DNA from: Candidatus Kapaibacterium sp.
Lineage (GTDB): Bacteria; Bacteroidota; Ignavibacteria; Kapaibacteriales; Kapaibacteriaceae
DNA: 64,000 nt
NCBI GenBank assembly: GCA_018883125.1
Contig: VEQR01000001.1
Coordinates: 1,497-65,496 of the forward strand
Direction of reading: 5' to 3'
Part shown: positions 50,301-58,758 of the stretch, piece after piece
Layout: each line of letters opens with the position of its first letter
Numbering within the stretch: the stretch's first letter is position 1
Notes under the pieces: generated by a model
Databases searched by the model: none
Told to the model about the DNA's origin: nothing
What the model saw: only the letters and a program-made list of their open reading frames with translations
Translations under genes and position numbers: made by a program

Positions 50301-50702
50301 GCATCAGCACTTGCCGACACGAGTTACGCGGTGCCGGGACTTGAGAGCGCAAAGCGATACTTCTGGCGCGTGCGTTCTATTGATGATGACGCAACAGGAG
50401 TGTTCTCGGATCGGCAGTCGTTTGTTACCGGTACCATTACGGGTGTTGCCGATGTTGATTCTGATGCTGGCGCTGTGTCGCCGAATCCGGCTCATAACCG
50501 ACTCACCATAGCCCAGCCGACCGGAACCGATGGCCAGTACGTCATTGAACTCGTTGCCATTGATGGCCGCAGCATCCGACGTGTTGATTCGTCAGGGGGC
50601 TCAACAACCATCGACGTCAGCGACATTGCATCAGGCCAATACATTGTGCGTGTGACCGCCAATGGCGTTACGAAATCTTCTTCCGTTGTTATTCGCCACT
50701 AA
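47394..50702 (+). CDS. Large secreted BNR/Asp-box repeat (sialidase- or Sortilin-like beta-propeller) protein with fibronectin-III-like domains and a T9SS C-terminal sorting domain
   Basis: Lipoprotein-like signal (LVSCSS). Repeated SxDxGxTW Asp-box motifs (STDAGATW, STDNGNTW, STNGGAAW, TFDAGDTW). The C-terminus SPNPAHNRLTIAQP...GQYIVRVTANGVT matches the T9SS C-terminal domain. Confidence 0.75.
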   Translation: MKTSLYLIVASVVLVSCSSQRVPDGPSVSGRKEFDELKHRDPALGVVPTDMRQRELAFAQRLADQVLESKSSEEVQAYASWKSGGPWNIGGRTRAIAFDIRDAKTIIIGAVSGGIWKSTDAGATWQICTKPDQLHSVACVAQDTRKGFENIWYAGTGEIYGNSAQISGNGILKSTDNGNTWSPLPSTVSSSIPANHQFAYTWRALVHSQRDSQEVYVATARAGLYRSTNGGAAWTAVLGSNSIFSDVVVTSNGTLYAAFAGFTGTQGSISSRWGVFRSTNGTTWTNVTPPDMKNTVKRIVLAPVPQHPEQIFVLAETPDQGAKGSTIYRGEERFEWHSLWKYTRTSADTGTWENRSANIPLTDEQRGDFYSQGGYDLLVKVSPHDSNLVVIGGTNLYRSTDGLMSTKNTKWIGGYWKPTPSFDKYSSYKDHHPDQHDVLFHPANPKQMFSANDGGVYVTDDILADSVVWRDLNRGYLTTQFYTVDIPNMPGFETSRKIIGGMQDNSVWFQRDEDEPTTTPWLRVGGGDGAYSYFVSGGPSYSVYYSSQQGRVYYVRYDSSGKESYRKRIDPIGPKDYLFINPYVPHPVDQHMIYMAGDNQLWRLNDVNMIPAGNSDSTLIGWDSLTKTNVGTAQISCVLATTTADGKHHRVFYGTSSGKVYRLDSAERGNPTPKDVTSTSMRSGAFINSVSIDPRNREHVVVCLSNYGVVSIFETFDAGDTWQAIAGNLEENLSGVGNGPAVNWAAIRPYDDSITVLIAATSTGLYFTPRTNGMSTVWTPTATEELGNVPCDMVVTRMSMSPKADKTIAVATHGRGTWWGEITSLPARPSRVELASPPDMRRGILPDTVLTWKAAAGAVSYSVFLECAGDTTRNASYQGIRETSFKVQNLKQGPERYTWTVEPYGAGGAGERAQQWSFSTAIRPPALLKPAAAATDVSPVVLVWERVPGARRYDVEVAANAGFKPIVASASALADTSYAVPGLESAKRYFWRVRSIDDDATGVFSDRQSFVTGTITGVADVDSDAGAVSPNPAHNRLTIAQPTGTDGQYVIELVAIDGRSIRRVDSSGGSTTIDVSDIASGQYIVRVTANGVTKSSSVVIRH

Positions 50703-50711
50703 GCCCCCTTC

Positions 50712-51395
50712 ATGCACAATCTCGAATCGTCACTTCGGGCTGTTCATCAGCGATTACAGGACGCTCTCGCCGCAGCCGGACGTGCTACTGACGCCACCAA
50801 GCTGATGCTGGCCACCAAGACTCAGTCAGACGAGACGCTTCGCGAGGTCTATGGTCTGGGCGAGCAGTTCTTTGGCGAGAACCGTGTGCAGGAGCTCGTT
50901 CCAAAGGTTGATGCGATGAAGGACTTGGACATCACGTGGCACTTTATCGGACATCTACAGACCAACAAGGTCAAAGATGTTGTCGGCCGTGTGCAATGTG
51001 TTCAATCGGTCGATCGTCTGTCACTCGTCGAATCCCTAGCCAGTGAGTGTGCGAAACGTTCAACAACGGTCGATGTGATGATCGAGGTCAACACATCATT
51101 TGAAGCAAGCAAGCACGGGTGTCATCCCGACGACGTCGAGCGCTTGATTGATGACGTGTTGTCGCGTCCGGTGCTTCGTATCACGGGCTTCATGACCATC
51201 GGTGCGCTGAGCGATGACGAGTCATTGGTGAAAAGGGGCTTTTCGATGCTCCGTCAGATCCGCGATCGTTATGACATTACCCACGGCACGAAGAGCGAAC
51301 TTTCGATGGGTATGTCCCACGACCTTGAGTGGGCTGTTGCAGAGGGGTCGACTATTGTGCGTGTAGGCACCGCCGTGTTCGGTGAGCGAACGTAG
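50712..51395 (+). CDS. yggS: YggS-family pyridoxal-phosphate homeostasis protein
   Basis: 227 aa. LMLATKTQSDETLREVYGLGEQFFGENRVQE...WHFIGHLQTNK is the YggS/PLPHP signature. Confidence 0.85.
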   Translation: MHNLESSLRAVHQRLQDALAAAGRATDATKLMLATKTQSDETLREVYGLGEQFFGENRVQELVPKVDAMKDLDITWHFIGHLQTNKVKDVVGRVQCVQSVDRLSLVESLASECAKRSTTVDVMIEVNTSFEASKHGCHPDDVERLIDDVLSRPVLRITGFMTIGALSDDESLVKRGFSMLRQIRDRYDITHGTKSELSMGMSHDLEWAVAEGSTIVRVGTAVFGERT

Positions 51396-51407
51396 GGGAG
51401 GTGGGCG

Positions 51408-53141
51408 ATGCATGCCTTTGACTTTCTCGATGAACTCGCTCTGTTGTGTCTTGCGGCACTTGTAGTACTGCGCGTCTTCCGCCAGATTCATCTGCCCCCT
51501 GTCATCGGGTTGATCGTTACGGGGCTCCTGTTGGGTCCTACGGGGTTCGGGATAGTCCAGCAGGACCAGATCATATCCTCCATCGCCGAGATCGGGGTGA
51601 TGCTCCTGTTGTTTACGATCGGTCTGGAGTTCTCGCTAGACGAGCTCAGGAAACTCCGCTCGATCGTGCTGATCGGTGGCCCGCTGCAGATAATCCTTAC
51701 CACGCTCGCGACAACGGCGTTGGTATATGGGGTATCTGTCGTTGCATCCACCGCCTATTCGACCTCTGAAGCAATTCTGATTGGAATGGCCTCTGCCTTG
51801 AGTTCAACGGCGATCTGTATCAAGCTGTTGAGCGATCGTCGGGAGCTTATGCAACCACAGGGACGGGCGGCACTTGGCATTCTCATCTTCCAGGACATTG
51901 CCGTTGTCCCGATGATGATCATCGTTACGCTATTGGACACGCGTCAGGACGTGAACCCCGGTGAGATAACCGTGCGTTTGCTGCTGCTTGTTGCTGTGAC
52001 TGTTGCCATGATCGTTGGCATGCGACTGGTTCTTCCGCGTCTTACACCCCACCTGGCACGCTCCTCGAACCCGGAAGTCCTAATTCTTGCTGCGCTGGGC
52101 TTGTGTTTTGGTGCGGCATGGGTAACGTCGCTGGCTGGCATATCTATGGCTCTTGGAGCATTCATAGCCGGCATGGCTATCGCCGGTAGTGATGACGGCC
52201 ATGCCATTGGTAAGGCTGTAGAGCCGCTGCGCGATGCGTTCACCAGCATGTTTTTCCTTTCGGTGGGACTGTTGGTACACGTGGTGTGGGCGACCTTACC
52301 GGCGAACATTCTCACGGCGATGCTCATCCTATTGGTCAAGGGTGTTGTTGTAAGTCTGGTGCTGATCCTGGTTCGCGTTCCGATACGGACTGCTATCACC
52401 GCCGGCATCACACTTGCACAGGTGGGAGAGTTCTCCTTTGTACTTGCGTCCGTTGGAATGGATTACGGCGTTATCACTTCGACAGAGTTTCAGAATCTTC
52501 TGGTGACCATCATCATCACCATGATCGTAACGCCACTTCTCGTGACCTTTGCTCCTATAGTTGCTGAGCGTCTATCGCCCCTTGCGAGATTGACGCCCAC
52601 TCTACGCAGGTGGACAACTGATGATACCGATGGATACATCAGACTTGAGGAGGGAACTTTGCACGAAGATCAGCCGATGGTGCTCATCATCGGTGCTGGC
52701 GTTCTCGGACTCAATGTCGCGCACGTCCTGGCTCAGACAGGTATTCGATATCGTCTGCTGGAGTTGGACAGGAACAACGCTGCGGCCCTACGAGCTAAGG
52801 GAGAACCTTGCATATCGGGAGACATGACCGATGCAGACGCACTTCGTAGCGCTGGGATTCAACACGTCTCGAACGTCATCATCGCAATCAACCAGGATGC
52901 GGCCATCACGCGAGGCGTCAAACTCATCCGCTCCCTGCGTCCGGATGTCTACATCATTGTCCGCTCCCGCTACCAGCGCAACAGCAAGTCTGCCCTCGAT
53001 CAAGGAGCTGACCTAGTAATAGTGGAAGAGTTCGAGTCAAGCATCAAGATCTTCGGCTCCGTCCTTGAACACCTCGGCGTCGAACAAGACCTCATCGAAT
53101 ACCAGGAACGGTATATGCGACTGAGGCAGACGTTTTCATAG
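51408..53141 (+). CDS. CPA2-family cation:proton antiporter with a C-terminal RCK/TrkA-N domain (KefB/YbaL-like)
   Basis: About 12 TM Na+/H+ exchanger core followed by a Rossmann RCK domain (MVLIIGAGVLGLNVAHVLAQTGIRYRLLELD). Confidence 0.85.
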   Translation: MHAFDFLDELALLCLAALVVLRVFRQIHLPPVIGLIVTGLLLGPTGFGIVQQDQIISSIAEIGVMLLLFTIGLEFSLDELRKLRSIVLIGGPLQIILTTLATTALVYGVSVVASTAYSTSEAILIGMASALSSTAICIKLLSDRRELMQPQGRAALGILIFQDIAVVPMMIIVTLLDTRQDVNPGEITVRLLLLVAVTVAMIVGMRLVLPRLTPHLARSSNPEVLILAALGLCFGAAWVTSLAGISMALGAFIAGMAIAGSDDGHAIGKAVEPLRDAFTSMFFLSVGLLVHVVWATLPANILTAMLILLVKGVVVSLVLILVRVPIRTAITAGITLAQVGEFSFVLASVGMDYGVITSTEFQNLLVTIIITMIVTPLLVTFAPIVAERLSPLARLTPTLRRWTTDDTDGYIRLEEGTLHEDQPMVLIIGAGVLGLNVAHVLAQTGIRYRLLELDRNNAAALRAKGEPCISGDMTDADALRSAGIQHVSNVIIAINQDAAITRGVKLIRSLRPDVYIIVRSRYQRNSKSALDQGADLVIVEEFESSIKIFGSVLEHLGVEQDLIEYQERYMRLRQTFS

Positions 53142-53144
53142 AAT

Positions 53145-53400
53145 TACAGAGTTATAGAATTACTGAATTACTGAATTACTGAATTACGGAATTACGGAAT
53201 TACTGAATTACTGAATTACGGAATTACTGAATTACTGAATTACGGAGTTACGGAGTTACGGAGTTACGGAATTACTGAATTACGGAGTTATCAGACTCGT
53301 CACTTGTCACTTGTCACTCGTCACTCATCAGTAATCAGTAATCAGTAATCAGTAATCAGTAATCAGTAATCAGTAATCAGTAAACTCTCGTCACTCGTCT
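53145..53400. repeat. Microsatellite array of about 19 copies of GAATTACT/GAATTACG/GAGTTACG (8-mer), then a GTCACTYGTCAC spacer, then 8 copies of AATCAGT (7-mer, inverse orientation)
   Basis: Read directly from the sequence. It fills the whole gap between the convergent CPA2 antiporter gene and the cytochrome c/monooxygenase gene. Confidence 0.9.
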
Positions 53401-55002
53401 CTACTTCTTCACCACCACCCTGCACGAAGTGGTGCCTGTTGGTGATGTAGCTCGGACAAGGTACGAGCCCTGCGGAACTGATTCTGCTGGGATTGTGATG
53501 GACGAGACACCTTGCGGAACGGGCCGTGTGAAGGCTGAGCCGATGACACGTCCACTGAGGTCGATGATGTCGAAGGTCATGGTGCGATCTTCGGTCGACT
53601 CGACGGCGAGGGTGATGTGGCTTGATGTAACTGTGGGACGAGCTTCAATGGACAAGCCGAGGATGTCCGCATCGCCGCTTACGGAGGTTGGCAGCTTCGT
53701 CTCCATATCGAGTGATTCATCTCCGGCTTGATATGGAAGCCAGTGGAAGTAACAGAGCAGCATTTCGTCGGTAGTGCTCTCGCCCCATCGGACAAGCTTT
53801 GGAGGGTTGTTCGGATTCTCCAAGTTATTCATGGTATTGTCGTAGGTGGCCTCGTAGAAGAGCTTCGACCCACGAGGAATTCGAACCGGGTTCTTGAATG
53901 TATAGCCCCCTTGCCAATGGAAGTCCCACTGCGGTACGGAGATCAATCGAATGGTGTCGCCCTTGGGCGTGGTAGCATAGGCCCGACAGTTCTTACCCAG
54001 CAGGTGCATGTGTGGGGCAACGCCAACCACGCTGATCTCTGCGGGAATCGTAAAGGTGGTGGTGAAGGATTGAACTCTATTCGCGGGAATCTGAAACTGT
54101 TGGCCGGCAACAAGCTGACGTGGATTTATCGCGAATTCCTGCACCTGTCGCACTTCGTCGGACGAATGGAAGAATATGTTCACGAGAGAACGGTCCGTCT
54201 GCTCTGTCTTTGAAGGGGCGTAGTGAACCTGGATCACAAGGTCGGAGTTCTTGTACATCGCTGAGCCGATCGTGGGCGGATAGAAGCGCGTTTGCGCACC
54301 CGGAACCCACCCAAGAAACGAGACTGCTGATTCAAACCCTGGATCACCAAAACCACTGTAGCCCGGTAGCGGATCCTCGGCGTCCTTCTTGCGAGCTGTT
54401 CCGGTGGTGTCCAAGAAGTACAGGACGTGGTGCACTACGGAGGCATTACCCGGGCGGAACTCGATGGCCTTAACGCTGCGGTCCTGCAAGAGCTTGGTAG
54501 GCAGGACGAAAAAGCGATACACATCCTTATAGTTCGACTGGATGGTCCACGTTTCGTTCATCGTCAGCACAAGGTCCGGAGTGCCAAGCTGAGAGCCGCT
54601 GGGAAATGAAGGGGGCTTAGGAGCCGATGATAGATCACCTGCTGGCATACCGCCATCCACCCACTTCGCAATGGTCTCGATATCGGTTTCGCTGAGTGAA
54701 CGGTTTCCAACAAAGGTTCCGTGACCTTTTGCCGGGGGCCATGGGGGCATTTCGCGTTCCTGCACGGCACGCTTGATCGAATATCCGAAGTCGGAAGCCT
54801 GTTCAAAGGTCTCGAGTGGGAAGGGGGCTATCTCGCCGGTTCTATGGCACGATGTACAATTGGCGTAGATGATGCGTGCCACGTCAGCTGACCACGTGGG
54901 CACCTCCGCAGCATGAAGTCTACTACCAACCAGCGTTAGGACAAGAAGAAGAATCGTATTTCGCATGCGAGCCTCCGGAAATGAGCGTGCATAGACACTC
55001 AT
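53401..55002 (-). CDS. Secreted fusion of an N-terminal c-type cytochrome domain, a copper type II ascorbate-dependent monooxygenase-like (PHM/DBH-like) domain, and a C-terminal T9SS sorting domain
   Basis: Signal peptide. Haem-binding CTSCH (CXXCH) in a PSCyt-like region (IIYANCTSCHRTGEIAPF). Monooxygenase copper sites HHVLYF... and HMHLLG (H-x-M CuM site). The C-terminus SYLVRATSPTGTTSCRVVVKK is T9SS CTD-like. Confidence 0.75.
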   Translation of the reverse strand: MSVYARSFPEARMRNTILLLVLTLVGSRLHAAEVPTWSADVARIIYANCTSCHRTGEIAPFPLETFEQASDFGYSIKRAVQEREMPPWPPAKGHGTFVGNRSLSETDIETIAKWVDGGMPAGDLSSAPKPPSFPSGSQLGTPDLVLTMNETWTIQSNYKDVYRFFVLPTKLLQDRSVKAIEFRPGNASVVHHVLYFLDTTGTARKKDAEDPLPGYSGFGDPGFESAVSFLGWVPGAQTRFYPPTIGSAMYKNSDLVIQVHYAPSKTEQTDRSLVNIFFHSSDEVRQVQEFAINPRQLVAGQQFQIPANRVQSFTTTFTIPAEISVVGVAPHMHLLGKNCRAYATTPKGDTIRLISVPQWDFHWQGGYTFKNPVRIPRGSKLFYEATYDNTMNNLENPNNPPKLVRWGESTTDEMLLCYFHWLPYQAGDESLDMETKLPTSVSGDADILGLSIEARPTVTSSHITLAVESTEDRTMTFDIIDLSGRVIGSAFTRPVPQGVSSITIPAESVPQGSYLVRATSPTGTTSCRVVVKK

Positions 55003-55037
55003 GCAATATCCGAAGTTTAATCAGGGCTGCGAAGTCG

Positions 55038-55949
55038 TTACTTGATAACCGTCACCTTGAATGTGGCCGACGCTGGGTTTTTCTCGGCGTTATCATAATT
55101 GTTGAAGCGCACCGTAACCGTGTTGTCAGCCGAGACCCAGCCAGTATAGCAGCTGTTTATGAGGACTGCTGCATTGGGAACTCCGACAACCACCATATCA
55201 CCTGTTGCCGCCCCATTTACTGTGATGGTCAGATCACTCGATGTTCGTGTTGCCGTTATTGGGAAGTCCAGAGTAGCCGATGCAACCGTGAGTTGACGCC
55301 ATGAAATTGTGCCGGAGCTATTGACGGATGCCACAGCTTCACCAAGCTGTGTTCCGTTTGTGGAAGCAACAGCCGGAAGGGCTGTGGGCCACGTATAGGA
55401 AACATTGCGAATTCGGGAAAGATCGCCATTCGATGACACCTGAAAGACGGACGCGCCGGTGTTGTCCTGCAATTCGAGGAGATTCGCCGATGCTAGTGCC
55501 GCGCCACGGATGATCAGCCCCTTCTTCGCGGCAGAGTCGATCGTCACATGTAGTCGCGCTCCCGGTACAGTGTTTCCGAGCCCAACGCTGGTGCCGTTCT
55601 GATACATACTGCTGTTAGCAACGGTTGACGACGACGTAAACATCGGGATATAGTTTGATGATCCTGAGCTGCCAATTGACGACAATGCTGAGGTCCAAGA
55701 AAGGTTGCCGGTACCATCATTACTTAGTACGCTACCAGAAGCCCCCTGACCACTGGGAAACGCTAGCGAATAGGATGAGCTCAGCGTCGGAAGCGTGATC
55801 TTCAGCGAGCTACCGCTACCGTTGTGCTGGATATGCAGCTCACGCGTGTAAAGCGGAACCTGAGCACGCACGTGAACAGTAGTTCCAAGCCAGAGCAGCA
55901 GCCAGAGTCCTGGTATAGCGAGCCGTATGGTAATCGAACCAAGGATCAT
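55038..55949 (-). CDS. Secreted Ser/Thr/Gly/Asn-rich beta-fibre-like protein, paralog 1 of 3
   Basis: Signal peptide MILGSITIRLAIPGLWLLLWLGTTVHVRA. It shares blocks with the two upstream paralogs (YTRELHIQHNGSGSSLKITLPT...LSWTS; C-terminal FKVTVIK). The ORF extends to 56042. Confidence 0.6.
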   Translation of the reverse strand: MILGSITIRLAIPGLWLLLWLGTTVHVRAQVPLYTRELHIQHNGSGSSLKITLPTLSSSYSLAFPSGQGASGSVLSNDGTGNLSWTSALSSIGSSGSSNYIPMFTSSSTVANSSMYQNGTSVGLGNTVPGARLHVTIDSAAKKGLIIRGAALASANLLELQDNTGASVFQVSSNGDLSRIRNVSYTWPTALPAVASTNGTQLGEAVASVNSSGTISWRQLTVASATLDFPITATRTSSDLTITVNGAATGDMVVVGVPNAAVLINSCYTGWVSADNTVTVRFNNYDNAEKNPASATFKVTVIK

Positions 55950-56045
55950 TTCGTTCGTAGTTGGTGAAACGAGATTGAAGGTGTGGTCACCCCCCGTTCC
56001 AATCGGCCGTCGCGATCGGCCGAATGGGGGAAGGGTATTCACAGA

Positions 56046-57077
56046 TTACTGGGCCTTGATGACCAGGTAGTTCACCGTACCGGTGTACTGACCCGAGAAT
56101 GTCACCGTGAAGCCTGTACCTGCGGTGCGGGAAGTGATCGTTGCCGTAACGGAGGTGGAGCCTTCTAGGGTCAGGATGATAGCGTCCGTGGCGCTGAGAG
56201 TTGTAAGGCCCGTTACGGTGGCGGATGTAGCCGCTGTCACCGTTGATTGACCAGCAGTACGGATACCAATGGCACTGTTTATGCTCTGCCAGGCCGGTGT
56301 TGCGCCTGTGCCTTGTGACACCAAAACATCTCCGGTGGTGCCTGCAGATCCTTGCATTTGCAGGGGGCTGGTTGCACCGGCAAGGTTCAGCGTGCCAGTC
56401 TGCGTAACCGTTCCGGTTGTGGAGATCGAACCACCAGTGCGTCCGATGGCCACCGTACCGGCTGTGGCGCCGGTTCCGATGTTGGTAGCGTCGGTACCGG
56501 AAGCGTTGATGTTTGCAACACCCGTGAGATTCGTCGTGCCGAGAATGTTCACCGTGTTACCAGCTTTACCGATGTTCGTTGTGGCGCCGGCATTTGTTCC
56601 GTCGTTGATGCCAATCACGCCAGCGTTTGTGATAGACATCCGCTCGAGGTTGTTTGTCACAATACTCAAACCATGATTGCTCGTTGCACCGATCGTTCCG
56701 GTTGCCGTGAGCGTGTTACCGCCAATGGCCCAATTGGGATTGGAGCTTCCGGCAGGGTCCACCCACTCAAGGGCAGTACCGGTCCACCGTAGAGTCCAGC
56801 CGGCGGCTGACGGAGTGTTCGACCAAGCAAGACCGCCCGTTGTGGTGTTGCTGTAGATCAGAGCACCGTTACCGGGAACGGCAGACGGCAGCGTAAGAGT
56901 GTAGGGCGTCGTGACGGTAGCGGGCACCGTCAAAGAGATTGTTCCACTGGTGCTACCCTGCATCTTCAGTTCCCTTGTCTCGATAGGAAGGGTTGACTGA
57001 CCGAAGGCAAGCATCGGCAGAAAGGCTGTGAGAACGAGTGCCGCTAGGATCACCTGCGGACGGTTGTGTGTCGGCAT
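56046..57077 (-). CDS. Secreted beta-fibre-like protein, paralog 2 of 3
   Basis: Signal peptide MPTHNRPQVILAALVLTAFLPMLAFG. ETRELKMQGSTSGTISLTVPATVT...GGLAWSN parallels paralog 1. Gly/Thr/Asn-rich repeats. C-terminal GFTVTFSG. Confidence 0.6.
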   Translation of the reverse strand: MPTHNRPQVILAALVLTAFLPMLAFGQSTLPIETRELKMQGSTSGTISLTVPATVTTPYTLTLPSAVPGNGALIYSNTTTGGLAWSNTPSAAGWTLRWTGTALEWVDPAGSSNPNWAIGGNTLTATGTIGATSNHGLSIVTNNLERMSITNAGVIGINDGTNAGATTNIGKAGNTVNILGTTNLTGVANINASGTDATNIGTGATAGTVAIGRTGGSISTTGTVTQTGTLNLAGATSPLQMQGSAGTTGDVLVSQGTGATPAWQSINSAIGIRTAGQSTVTAATSATVTGLTTLSATDAIILTLEGSTSVTATITSRTAGTGFTVTFSGQYTGTVNYLVIKAQ

Positions 57078-57109
57078 GAAAGCCTCCTCGAATGATGATG
57101 ATGAAAACG

Positions 57110-58156
57110 TTAGAGGTTGATGACCATCCAACTAAAAGAAGTATTCGGGGCTAGGCCGCCTGCGAAGGACACCGTAAATCCGTTTACTGTACGTTGTGAG
57201 ATGGCATACGCTGTCGTGCCATCGGGCGAGTCTATTGTGATGAGAATGCGGGCGTTGGGAAGAAGCACCGGTAGTGCAACTGGCGCCGCGGTTGTGGTGT
57301 TGATCGTGACAGTGTAGAGCCGGTTCGCGGTGACGTTCACGTAACGACCCGACGCGATCTGCAGCGTAGATGTCTGAACGTTGCCAACCGGCACTGTAGT
57401 GATGGACGAAACGCGACCATCTTTGCCAACCGTGATACGAGGCACATTGACCGAGTCACCGTATGTGCCTGGTGCTACGCCTGTACCCCTTAGGTGACGT
57501 GACGTGATCGATGAATCTCGAACGCCAATTGCAACGGCCGGACCGTCTGGATTCTGAATCCGCAGAACGGAATCCTGCGTAGTGATCGTCACGATGCCCT
57601 TTATCGCCGTCGCATCAATGGTCACATCACTTCCATCCTGGGTGATGATGAGCCCTCCCGCTGCGATAATGTTAACGTCACCCTGAGCCCCATTCAAGCT
57701 GCGAACCACACCCTTGGCACCGGGTAGAAGTCCACCAGCTACGACAGACTGTTGGGCTACAGCGGCATAGGGAGCTGTTGTCAGTTTAGTGCGCGGCTCG
57801 AATGCTGTCTGTGATGTCCCGGGTAGTCCGACTTCCACCCAGAGTTGTTGCGTGAAGTCCACCTCCTCAAGAGACTCCTGTTCACCAATGATCAGGTTGA
57901 AGACCCCACCGACGATACTTGTAGAAATGACATCCTGATAGACTGGTGTACCGCCTTGCTGACTAGTATACAACTTGACAGATATGGCATACCGCCCATC
58001 CGGGTAGACAGAGCCATCGGGTTGCACCAATACCCCCTGAAACGAGAGCAGTTGTGGTATTCGAGTGCCATTACCTTGAGCAGCAAGGTGCATGCAACTG
58101 AGGAAGACAACAATGAGCCCTGCAAGCAAGCGCAGGTATGTGCTTGTGGTAGCCAC
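57110..58156 (-). CDS. Secreted beta-fibre-like protein, paralog 3 of 3
   Basis: Signal peptide MATTSTYLRLLAGLIVVFLSCMHLAAQ. N-terminal module IPQLLSFQGVLVQPDGSVYPDGRYAISVKLYT...GTPVYQDV...GGVFNLIIG. C-terminal NGFTVSFAGG. Confidence 0.6.
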   Translation of the reverse strand: MATTSTYLRLLAGLIVVFLSCMHLAAQGNGTRIPQLLSFQGVLVQPDGSVYPDGRYAISVKLYTSQQGGTPVYQDVISTSIVGGVFNLIIGEQESLEEVDFTQQLWVEVGLPGTSQTAFEPRTKLTTAPYAAVAQQSVVAGGLLPGAKGVVRSLNGAQGDVNIIAAGGLIITQDGSDVTIDATAIKGIVTITTQDSVLRIQNPDGPAVAIGVRDSSITSRHLRGTGVAPGTYGDSVNVPRITVGKDGRVSSITTVPVGNVQTSTLQIASGRYVNVTANRLYTVTINTTTAAPVALPVLLPNARILITIDSPDGTTAYAISQRTVNGFTVSFAGGLAPNTSFSWMVINL

Positions 58157-58157
58157 G

Positions 58158-58739
58158 CTATCGGATCCGTGTAATGGTAGTTGAGTACATGATTCGTCGT
58201 TGCCGCAGAGGTTCAGTCACAGAGATCCGAACTGTATAGCTGCCACTAGCGATGGGGGTGCCGAGTGACGTCAATCCGTCCCACGTGAATGTTGCAGCAT
58301 CATCGCGAAGCATGGCTACCGGGAGTGTCGCAACGTGCTCGCCGACACTATTGAAGACGTCGGCATCGGCAACCGTTGAGCCAGAGAGCTGCACTTCGAT
58401 ACTCACGTTCTCACGAAAGGGATTCGGCCAGGACCAGGTTCTCGAACCGGCGGTAACGCCTTCTGTTCCTTCGTCGGCGCCGAGGATGATCGGCTTAGGA
58501 ATCCAGAAGCCGAAAAGCCCTTGAGAGCGATTAGCCGAACTGACAGTACCGATGGTTGTCAGGCCAACGATGGTGCTCATCATGAAGGGTGTATTTGCCT
58601 TCGATGTGTCGAGTACGGCACCGCAGGACTGTACTACACGCTGACGTTGAATCGTCAGCCGGGGGTGGATGACATTCTGTGCCGAACAGACTCCGGCGCA
58701 GAATGCGACAAGACCCAGGATCGTCCATGACCTTTTCAT
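58158..58739 (-). CDS. Small secreted protein with a T9SS C-terminal sorting domain
   Basis: Signal peptide MKRSWTILGLVAFCAGVCSA. The C-terminal roughly 85 aa (WPNPFRENVSIEVQLSGSTVADADVFNSVGEHVATL...GSYTVRISV) match the T9SS CTD signature. Its stop is 2 nt from the paralog-3 start. Confidence 0.6.
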   Translation of the reverse strand: MKRSWTILGLVAFCAGVCSAQNVIHPRLTIQRQRVVQSCGAVLDTSKANTPFMMSTIVGLTTIGTVSSANRSQGLFGFWIPKPIILGADEGTEGVTAGSRTWSWPNPFRENVSIEVQLSGSTVADADVFNSVGEHVATLPVAMLRDDAATFTWDGLTSLGTPIASGSYTVRISVTEPLRQRRIMYSTTITRIR

Positions 58740-58758
58740 CGGATCGTGTCTTGGAATC

